In this document: positions 1 through 7,612 of the stretch, piece after piece
How the letters are laid out: every line of letters starts with the position of its first letter
How positions within the stretch are numbered: position 1 is the stretch's first letter
NCBI GenBank assembly: GCA_963667365.1
Contig: OY763324.1
Location: forward strand, 1,210,071-1,274,070
Length of the DNA: 64,000 nucleotides
Direction of reading: 5' to 3'
From: Candidatus Poribacteria bacterium
GTDB taxonomy: Bacteria; Poribacteria; WGA-4E; WGA-3G
Notes under the pieces: model-generated
The model's database searches: none
Told to the model about the DNA's origin: nothing
Seen by the model: the letters and a program-made list of their open reading frames with translations, nothing else
Program-made: the position numbers and the translations under genes

Positions 1-124
1 TAAGTTAAACATGTCCTTTTTCCTAATTATTATAGGATTCTCCTAATTCTGGATATTAAGGTGTGGCAAGGTTACGTTCCCTTACTTGACTATTTACCGA
101 ATATTCGTTGTTTCTTTTTTATTC

Positions 125-829
125 TTAACTTCTCCAAAAGATGAGAAAACTCAAAAACATCATTATTCCCATGAAGAGACCACACCTTATCCCTGCAATT
201 AAGGCAGGTTGATTACGATGATAATAGTATGGACATAGGGTAAAGGTAAGCAAAAATGTAATTGGCATAAAGATTGGTACTGATGCGATGTTCGGAATGT
301 GGTCAACACGTAGGGCGTTCCATTCCCATAATTCTTTCCCGAGTCCATAGACTGTGATGCTACCGAGTGCTGACACAATGCCTGTTATCCCTGAAGCAAC
401 AAAACGGTGTTGCCCAAACAATTGCAGTCGATGGTAGAGGTAAACTGCCAAGGTCGCAAGAACCACCCACGTCAATATGAGACCAATCGGGGTCGTAACA
501 TTTCCAAAAAAGTCTGAGCTGCGGTAGATAATAAACTGCACCTTTTTTGAAAATAACCAATCCATCGGTAGGTAAATTAATGTTGCTGTGAATCCAAACA
601 GGACACTTTGCCATAGTATATCTGGCGATTCATCCTCGGCATTACCTGGACCTTTCCGGATGAGATAACCGAACCACCCGATTGCAAGTAACACGTTCGG
701 ATATAGCAACCAGATAGCACGAATTCCTAACGACCTTATCGGCAATAAAAACAATAATAAGAACGTTAAAAACGTAGTTAAGGCTACAGTGAATACGGCT
801 TTATCTGTTTTGAGATTCATTTCGTTCAT
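125..829 (-). CDS. multi-pass integral membrane protein (about 6 predicted TM helices), function unknown
   Basis: The 234-aa ORF has repeated ~20-aa hydrophobic segments. It starts 40 nt downstream of the ArsA-like gene on the same strand, making it the likely last gene of a four-gene operon. Confidence 0.5.
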   Translation of the reverse strand: MNEMNLKTDKAVFTVALTTFLTFLLLFLLPIRSLGIRAIWLLYPNVLLAIGWFGYLIRKGPGNAEDESPDILWQSVLFGFTATLIYLPMDWLFSKKVQFIIYRSSDFFGNVTTPIGLILTWVVLATLAVYLYHRLQLFGQHRFVASGITGIVSALGSITVYGLGKELWEWNALRVDHIPNIASVPIFMPITFLLTFTLCPYYYHRNQPALIAGIRCGLFMGIMMFLSFLIFWRS

Positions 830-868
830 CTAAAGGCTCAATTTGAGACGTTTCACTTTACTAAAAGT

Positions 869-2047
869 TTATCTGAACGTGATAACAAGTTGCTGTCCGG
901 TAAGTTTGGCACCTGTTGCTTTAGTGCTTGACAGACTACGAGGTAGGGCAACATGTCGTTTAAAGCCGCCAATAGTTATGATTAACTCGTCACCATGCTT
1001 GGAGAGATCGACCTCTTGTTTTGATAAAAAAGGAAGTTGCATCACAAGTTGATATCCATCATCAACTTTTTTAAATTGATACGGACTTTGTTCGGAAAAT
1101 ATGTCTGCTGGATCAATATCGGAATAAAGCATATTTCCTAACTTACGGAGTCCTTTTTCTCCAATTATTTGATCGTCAAAAAGGTTTACTTTCCAAATCG
1201 GGACATCCGAGAAATAGTTTTCTGCTTCCGCTATATATTGCTGTTGTGTCTGTTTCCAAACTTCAAAAAACTTCTCCTCTACACCTTCTGGGAAGATACG
1301 ATTGATAATGACAGCATCAATACATAACCCATAAAGGCAAAAGTACATAAACGCTCGTTGTGTTTCTTTGATAACGATCTTTTCTGGATTTGTAACAAGG
1401 CGGACGCTGGTTATTTTTGGGTCCGTTAGTACTGTGTCAATCCCTTCAAGTTTCTCAAATAGGTTTTGGATATTTTGAAAGTATGCATCTTTTGGTATCG
1501 GGACAGAACTGACAGTCTCTATGATCGGTCCTGCAATTTTTGCGAGGTTACGTTCTAATTTGAATATGCGATTCATATACCATTCAAGCGTAGTAGGGAT
1601 GCTAACGAACCTCAACGATTCTCCGGTTGGTGCGCAGTCAAGTATAATTACATCATAAGTGTCTTCACGGACGTACTGGTTAATGTAAAGAAGCGCGCAG
1701 ATTTCCTCCATACCCGGAAATACCGCAATCTCTTCTGCGACGAGGCTTTCCAAACCTGAGCGATTCAGCATAGAACGGATGTAATTGTAAACTTCGTCCC
1801 AGTATTCAACGATTGCCTCTTGGACGTTAATTTCTTGGATCCAGAGATTTTCATTAATTTGTATCTGTTTTTCATTCGTTTTTGCAATGAGACGTTTTTC
1901 ACTATCAAAAGAATCGCGCAGCGAATGTGCTACATCAAGTGAGATGACAATCGTCTTATGTCCAAGTGATGCCAACTTCAAGCCAGTTGCGGCGGAGATA
2001 GTTGTTTTACCGACTCCCCCTTTACCCGTGTATAAAATAATTCGCAC
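869..2047 (-). CDS. ArsA/GET3-family P-loop ATPase with a C-terminal Hsp20/alpha-crystallin-like domain (Get3d-like architecture)
   Basis: The N-terminus carries the P-loop GKGGVGKTT. ISLDVAHSL matches the ArsA/Get3 DPAHSL signature, and DCAPTGESLRF matches the DTAPTGHT switch-II signature. A ~90-aa beta-rich C-terminal extension (ELIITIGGFKRHVALP...LVITF) resembles the Hsp20/CS fold. Confidence 0.8.
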   Translation of the reverse strand: MRIILYTGKGGVGKTTISAATGLKLASLGHKTIVISLDVAHSLRDSFDSEKRLIAKTNEKQIQINENLWIQEINVQEAIVEYWDEVYNYIRSMLNRSGLESLVAEEIAVFPGMEEICALLYINQYVREDTYDVIILDCAPTGESLRFVSIPTTLEWYMNRIFKLERNLAKIAGPIIETVSSVPIPKDAYFQNIQNLFEKLEGIDTVLTDPKITSVRLVTNPEKIVIKETQRAFMYFCLYGLCIDAVIINRIFPEGVEEKFFEVWKQTQQQYIAEAENYFSDVPIWKVNLFDDQIIGEKGLRKLGNMLYSDIDPADIFSEQSPYQFKKVDDGYQLVMQLPFLSKQEVDLSKHGDELIITIGGFKRHVALPRSLSSTKATGAKLTGQQLVITFR

Positions 2048-2342
2048 TTTATGATATCCTACCTATCTGTTTATTTTTAATTAAGTATACCTTAAAAACA
2101 TCCAATATGCAAACAAGCCTGTGTATCCAATTACCCAGTCTTGAAGCACTATTCACCTGCTCCCAATAATGCTACCTTTATGTGGAGATAGACTTGCTAT
2201 ACAATTTTCTGTATTGATATAACATTATTTCGTAAGTTGGGTTTTGCAAACTCAACTTACCAATTTATTGGTATTATTAGGATGGTAGATGTGAAGCAGG
2301 AAGGATATGGTGTGAATTAAACCGTTGACCTTTGACATGTAG

Positions 2343-4331
2343 TTACGGAAGGCTATAAACACCCCACCGCACCTTTACAATCTCACCCGTACTAACAAGA
2401 CGACCAAGTTCATTTTTTATTGCTTTTGGATGTCCTTCTATGGCTTCAATAAGTTCCGCAGTTCTTTTTTCACCATCAGCAAGGAGCGATAAGATTTGTA
2501 CTCGGAAAGGGATACGGAGCGGTCTTCCGCCTCGAAGTTTGTGCAGGACACGGTTCGCTTGCCTTGATGAGCATCCCAAGATATATTCTACCTGTTCTCT
2601 GCTGGATTTATCAGTTAGATTGTCACGTTCTTTTTCAAATCGTTCGCGTATTGCTACCACTTCAGGTAGTTTCTCAAGTCCACCAGCAACTTCAAAATCC
2701 TCCCAGTCAAAAAGTATGGTTTCTTGCCTGTTGGTGATTTGGGGCAGTGCCATGCTGGAAAGTAATATCACCTTTTTGTTAGGTAGCTGGTCCAACTTTG
2801 TCCATTGAACAATGCGAGAGAGTTTCGGTATGACACTTTGTTCATAAACACTTTTAACTCGTTTATCTATATAGTGTCCGACTTCCGTATCTTCGTCATA
2901 GAATAGGGGTTCTTTATCGTTTCCAAACAGAATCTGTGAATGTTTCCAAATGTCTCCCTGTGGGAGTGTTGGTGTGCCAATTATCCATACGACATTAGCC
3001 TCTTCAAAAGCAGAATTTAACCCTTTCGTATTTTCAAAATGTGCCACGGCACATACGTTTGCATTTTTTTCCAGGTGTGTTAACTGCTGGGCAACTGCCT
3101 TATAGGAAATAATGGCATGCTTAAATTTTGGATATCTTTCAATTTCAGTATAGATACCATGAAAAAAACGCTGTCCGATTTTAGATATACCAATAAAATC
3201 CAAGTTGTCGTTGTATTCTAAAATAGTTTTCCGCGGATAGATACCTGTCCGAATCTGAAAAACTCTGTTCCCCGTAACCCAAGCCGATGGTTCAGAATGA
3301 CGTACCTCAATGTTCTCATCTGGAAATGCTCTACGGAGATGTTGTTCCGACAAGTTCCCTGACATTAATAAGAGACGTTTGACGTTTGGGTGTAGAACCG
3401 GCGGCATCCAGAATTTTAACATTTTACCTGTCCACCTTATTGGAGAATCTGCATCACGCGTATAATGAGAGAAGAAAAATTTGAGTTGATGCCAATATGT
3501 CCAGTTTGGATCAGGACTGATTGTAGGTAATTTCTGAATATCTGCAACAGTCTCTACAGGGAAAATACCTAATTGGATGGCTTGTGTCATAGACATCAGA
3601 ATTTTTATTTCTTCGTTAAGTGCAAATGAAGGTAATGGATGATTAGGTAAACCTTTAGCAGCGAGTTTTTCTGTAGCATCCTCGTCAAGAGGAATGTAAG
3701 CAAATGCACCGCCTTCAAAAGTAATGCCAAAACGTGCTAATTGCTCTCCAGTGTCGGTATCAACAAATCTTTTCTTAACGACTCTACCTCGCACACCGAC
3801 TTGACACATCTGATTATTAAGTTTTTCTTCTTGCCATTCAAATGCTTGTATTACTGCACGAATTCGTTTTACAGCATTTGCATGAGGTATATCCTTAATT
3901 ACTACTGCATGCAATAAAGCCTTAGCAAAGTTCCCTAAGGCACTCCCTTGCCAGTTAACACTCCATTCTTCCAATACCTTTTTTGATAGATTACATTCAG
4001 GAAACAACTTGTGTGCTTCCATCCTATCAATGATGCAAAGCCTTTCCGTGTCATCCATCTGTTTGAGAATTTCTTCAGCAATTTCTGCGTATTGTGGATC
4101 GAAAAAAAGCTCGGGGAGTGCCATTATTTGTGTCTTAGCGCGATTTAATGATGTGGGTTGTGATAGAAATCCGCGCTGCTGGCACGTAGTATAAACAGAA
4201 CACTGTGGACAGATGCTCTCACTGGCATCTCCACCTTTTTCCTCAATGGCATCGCAACGTTCAGGATCTTCACATACGTTACCCAGTTGGAAGGGTGTTG
4301 CCATGCGAACGTCGACAGGTATCTTTTTCAC
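2343..4331 (-). CDS. hypothetical 662-aa protein with an N-terminal Cys cluster and a C-terminal winged-helix-like region
   Basis: A GTG start sits 5 nt after a GGGAG Shine-Dalgarno sequence and 27 nt downstream of the preceding ORF. The N-terminus contains CPQCSVYTTC, the C-terminal ~70 aa look like a wHTH, and there is no Walker A or other enzymatic motif. Confidence 0.55.
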   Translation of the reverse strand: MKKIPVDVRMATPFQLGNVCEDPERCDAIEEKGGDASESICPQCSVYTTCQQRGFLSQPTSLNRAKTQIMALPELFFDPQYAEIAEEILKQMDDTERLCIIDRMEAHKLFPECNLSKKVLEEWSVNWQGSALGNFAKALLHAVVIKDIPHANAVKRIRAVIQAFEWQEEKLNNQMCQVGVRGRVVKKRFVDTDTGEQLARFGITFEGGAFAYIPLDEDATEKLAAKGLPNHPLPSFALNEEIKILMSMTQAIQLGIFPVETVADIQKLPTISPDPNWTYWHQLKFFFSHYTRDADSPIRWTGKMLKFWMPPVLHPNVKRLLLMSGNLSEQHLRRAFPDENIEVRHSEPSAWVTGNRVFQIRTGIYPRKTILEYNDNLDFIGISKIGQRFFHGIYTEIERYPKFKHAIISYKAVAQQLTHLEKNANVCAVAHFENTKGLNSAFEEANVVWIIGTPTLPQGDIWKHSQILFGNDKEPLFYDEDTEVGHYIDKRVKSVYEQSVIPKLSRIVQWTKLDQLPNKKVILLSSMALPQITNRQETILFDWEDFEVAGGLEKLPEVVAIRERFEKERDNLTDKSSREQVEYILGCSSRQANRVLHKLRGGRPLRIPFRVQILSLLADGEKRTAELIEAIEGHPKAIKNELGRLVSTGEIVKVRWGVYSLP

Positions 4332-4358
4332 CTGCTCCCACAGGTAGATGCGAGGTTT

Positions 4359-5705
4359 TCAGCGTTCGTACAATCGTAGATTCTGACTCTGATAGCGATT
4401 TTCTAATTTTTCTGCGTACTTGTAAGTCGGTACGTTCAGACAAGTTGCCTCTTCGTTATGTACGAAGGAATCTGCTTCATAGTTTTGCTCTGTGCCTGAA
4501 TCTGCAATCAGTCCAAGTATACGATCTGTCTGCTCAAAGATAGTTTGTGCCTTGTTGCCATTTGGTTGGGGTTGTTCTGATTTTTGCAACATAGGTGAAG
4601 GACGTTTTATCGCCAAAGGACTAAGTTTTCCTTTCCGAACTGTGAGGATTGTGTCGGGTAAAGGTATGTCTACATGCGATATCTGTGTAGGAATCCCTGT
4701 GTCATTCCATACCTCCGTTATTGGTGTGGAGATGGTGGGTACTTCAATATTAGCGGAGGAGGCGCGTATCCACACGGTGCCTTCGTTTTCCCATAATGAG
4801 ATATTATGGTCACGAACAACTTTGCCAGGTGGAGTCCAAATATATGATTCATTATGTTTTCGGACATAGGAGAAACCTCGCTGGAGAAGTGACTCTTTGG
4901 CGAGGTCAAGGTTGTGCGAACCCAGTGAGATAGGTACTTCAGATATATTTGTATTTTGATTTATTTTTTCTGGTGCGGGTTCATGTAATTCAGCACGTAG
5001 GGCATCAATAGGTGCAAAGACTACTTCTTTGTCAATGATAGGCGGATCTAACAGATTCCCAAGTAGGATTTCATATCGCGCATCCCAGCGGCTGTAACCT
5101 TTTTCACCATTGATCTTAAGATATATATCACGAGCATACGGATTATCCGTTTTGGGTGTGTACTTGTAGATATAAGGTTTACCATCCTCGGTATTTGGAT
5201 GTAGATAATCTGGCACCCTACAGGAAAATCGCAATCCTCCAGATTTCGTCATCGCTAACAACGGGTTTGAAACAGCGTTCGTCAGCGTTTCTATACAGTT
5301 AAGCACACCATCAGGGAAGGCACAAATTGCTGTATATGTAAAATTGAAGTCGTGCCATCTTGCACCGTCAAGCTCAGAAGGAATGCCGGTATACACCTGA
5401 ATTCCCCAAGACGCGTGCCAATACCTCATTCCCCAATTTTGTATCCCCTGCCGCGTCAAGAAGCGTTCACCACCTAAGGTCCTTGGACCACGATCATTGT
5501 CGGGAGCACGTCCTATTGGCATGAATGAGAGTTTGGCATTTTCCAAATCGGCAAGTAGCAAAGGATATTTGTAGGCACAATAAACCGTTAAGTGGTAAGG
5601 AAAACCTATATTATACAGAGCGGGTTTTACCACTGTTCTTCGCTGTAGAAGCGGTTTTTCGCGCCGTTCGTGGCATCGCTGAATAAGATCTTTTATGGAA
5701 TCCAT
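4359..5705 (-). CDS. hypothetical 448-aa protein with weak resemblance to archaeo-eukaryotic primase (Prim-Pol) motifs
   Basis: This is the first gene of the module. It contains DND followed ~80 aa later by TKSGGLRF, reminiscent of AEP motif I (DxD) and motif II (T-x-SGG-x-H-x-YF). The similarity is weak and unverified. Confidence 0.45.
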   Translation of the reverse strand: MDSIKDLIQRCHERREKPLLQRRTVVKPALYNIGFPYHLTVYCAYKYPLLLADLENAKLSFMPIGRAPDNDRGPRTLGGERFLTRQGIQNWGMRYWHASWGIQVYTGIPSELDGARWHDFNFTYTAICAFPDGVLNCIETLTNAVSNPLLAMTKSGGLRFSCRVPDYLHPNTEDGKPYIYKYTPKTDNPYARDIYLKINGEKGYSRWDARYEILLGNLLDPPIIDKEVVFAPIDALRAELHEPAPEKINQNTNISEVPISLGSHNLDLAKESLLQRGFSYVRKHNESYIWTPPGKVVRDHNISLWENEGTVWIRASSANIEVPTISTPITEVWNDTGIPTQISHVDIPLPDTILTVRKGKLSPLAIKRPSPMLQKSEQPQPNGNKAQTIFEQTDRILGLIADSGTEQNYEADSFVHNEEATCLNVPTYKYAEKLENRYQSQNLRLYER

Positions 5706-5883
5706 AACTAAAGAATAACAATTTTGGAGGTCAAAATTGCCTTACAGAATAACATGTTAGTTGATTATAACTATAGAACGATGGATCTTATATATTAGTT
5801 TAACATAATTTAAATTTTAAAGCAATATTTTCGAGAATATTGTAAGGGTGTGTAAAGTTTATGTCAATATTTACTCAATAAAT

Positions 5884-5980
5884 CCCTGTAGAAGCACTCT
5901 CCGAATCGCGACCTATCGTGCCAAATCAACGGTATGGAATACCATCTAAGCATTCCCCGGAGTTCCCTCCTACAATGAAT
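5884..5980. repeat. MITE/REP-like palindromic element (inverted arms CTGTAGAAGCACTCTCCGAATCGCGAC ... CCGGAGTTCCCTCCTACAATGA)
   Basis: Both arms match the arms of the element at 36905-36980 (in reverse orientation) and the solo motifs at 35467, 46323 and 52445. Confidence 0.6.
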
Positions 5981-6373
5981 TGTGCGGTTTCAGTTCTCTA
6001 CATAGTATCTGAAAACTAAATCAGCGGTACAAAATAGTATAATATGGCTTATCGAATCCACTTTCAATAATATGAGAATACCGGTACAGAGGACTTTCTG
6101 ATTAGTTCACAGAGTGTCGTTTTTCCATAATTTGCAATAGAATCTAAATTTATTCAAATTTAATTTGACATATTAAGTTACTGTAGAGTATAATTAGCCA
6201 TATTAGGACTAATATATTATTATTTCATAAATTAGTAATATAAGTCTTAACGCAACTTGGTTATATCTTATTTATTATATGTAAGATGAGTTTAATCAAA
6301 AAAGTAATAAATTTACTTTGTAGAAATAGTACCACAGTATATTGACTGACTGATGTGAGTTGAACTACAAAGA

Positions 6374-6948
6374 GTGGGTGATGATTACACAACACCTTTT
6401 GATATGTCCTATGATATGCAAGCAGCCTTTTCAAGAGGTGAGAAGGCATTTTTTAAAGTATTCACACCGGAAGAAGGTTTGGGACCGGTATTCAATAATA
6501 CTGGATGTGTCAGTTGTCATCCATCAAACGGACGCGGCACACCAGATTTAATTCTTATCCGGTTTAGTATTGGTGATAATCTCATGCTTGATCAGGGAGG
6601 ACCCCAGTTCCAAGACAAAGCCATCCCTGATGTTCCATACGAAATGCTTCCAATAGGTGTGGACAAATCACCACGACTTCCTCCTCCAGTCTTTGGGATG
6701 GGACTTATTGAAAATATACCAGTTGAGACGATTTTAGAAAACGAAGACGAAGTTGGCGAACTCGTTTAGTAGCGGAATTTCTTGGTGGTACTCCGTTTTT
6801 CCTTCACGATGGACGCGCAACAACACTTCGCGGTGCTATTCGGGCACACGGAGGTGAAGCACAAAAAACATAAGAGGAATTTTTTAATCTGTTTAATCTG
6901 TCTGAAACTGATCAACAAGCGGTTATCGCTTTTATCAGTTCACTTTGA
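6374..6948 (+). pseudogene. DUF1111-family di-heme cytochrome c peroxidase-like gene remnant (N-terminal fragment, internal deletion, frameshift, in-frame stop)
   Basis: N-terminal fragment 6374-6769 has GLGPVFNNTGCVSCHPSNGRG (first CxxCH) and RLPPPVFGMGLIENIP. A frame change follows at ~6775 giving EFLGGTPFFLHDGRATTLRGAIRAHGGEAQKT, then an in-frame TAA, then EEFFNLFNLSETDQQAVIAFISSL. About 250 aa of the middle are missing, including the second heme site. Confidence 0.7.
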
Positions 6949-6971
6949 CGATAAAGGTCTAATACTGTAAT

Positions 6972-7406
6972 GTGCGGTATCCCATGTGTTCATCCGCACA
7001 AAATGGTTGTTTGAATGCCATTGAAAGGAAAGTGAAAGTGACATCTTATTTTAATAAAACTTTAATTTTATGGTTATTGGTTTTCATTATATTTTTAATT
7101 CATGTGGTTCTACTCTTTGTAGGGTGTAATGTTCAAAACCCAAGAAAAATCACATCTGAAATAGGAGATACGACGACGGTGCTTGACTTTTGTAGGTCCG
7201 AGGACAGGGAAATCGTGATGAGATTGTCTTACATAATGGACACACCTCCACTAAATCCTACAAATCGTTTTGCCGATGACCCGGATGCAGCGAAGTTAAG
7301 AATGACATTGTCAGGTGAAATGCCACCTGATCATTTGGTACATAAGTTGTCAACCGCACCGTGGTCATTAGGTAATGTATTAATGACGATGTTGCAAAGG
7401 ACGTAA
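6972..7406 (+). CDS. hypothetical small protein with one hydrophobic segment (possible lipobox LFVGC)
   Basis: Only an ORF with no homology signal; possibly spurious. Confidence 0.25.
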   Translation: MRYPMCSSAQNGCLNAIERKVKVTSYFNKTLILWLLVFIIFLIHVVLLFVGCNVQNPRKITSEIGDTTTVLDFCRSEDREIVMRLSYIMDTPPLNPTNRFADDPDAAKLRMTLSGEMPPDHLVHKLSTAPWSLGNVLMTMLQRT

Positions 7407-7446
7407 ACATCTCGCTCTGGGAGAGGCGACAAAAGACAAACCAAGT

Positions 7447-7558
7447 GTATATGGAATGCTGTAGGCGTATTCCATATACTTGGTATGCAAATATTATCTT
7501 CTGAATAACAATTTCATTAGGTTGTTATTCCTCCTTGCGGGGGATTTAAATCCTCCGC
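7447..7558. other. cluster of three stable hairpins in a convergent intergenic region
   Basis: 7447-7479: 11-bp perfect stem GTATATGGAAT/ATTCCATATAC with loop GCTGTAGGCGT, which resembles the MITE core. 7503-7530: 9-bp stem GAATAACAA/TTGTTATTC. 7537-7558: 8-bp stem GCGGGGGA/TCCTCCGC. None has a clean U-tract. Confidence 0.45.
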
Positions 7559-7612
7559 ACTAACACTATCAATTAGAGTGTTAGATGTGTCCTTAACTAA
7601 AGGGACAACGGG

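Noticed and set aside
869-2047. Arsenical pump-driving ATPase (ars operon)
   Set aside because: It is a single-domain Get3-like ATPase with an Hsp20 fusion, and no arsR, arsB, arsC or arsD is nearby.
6261-6551. Small overlapping ORFs 6261-6449 (-) and 6360-6551 (+)
   Set aside because: They sit in the AT-rich gap and the pseudogene N-terminus; the plus one is an out-of-frame read of the DUF1111 fragment.
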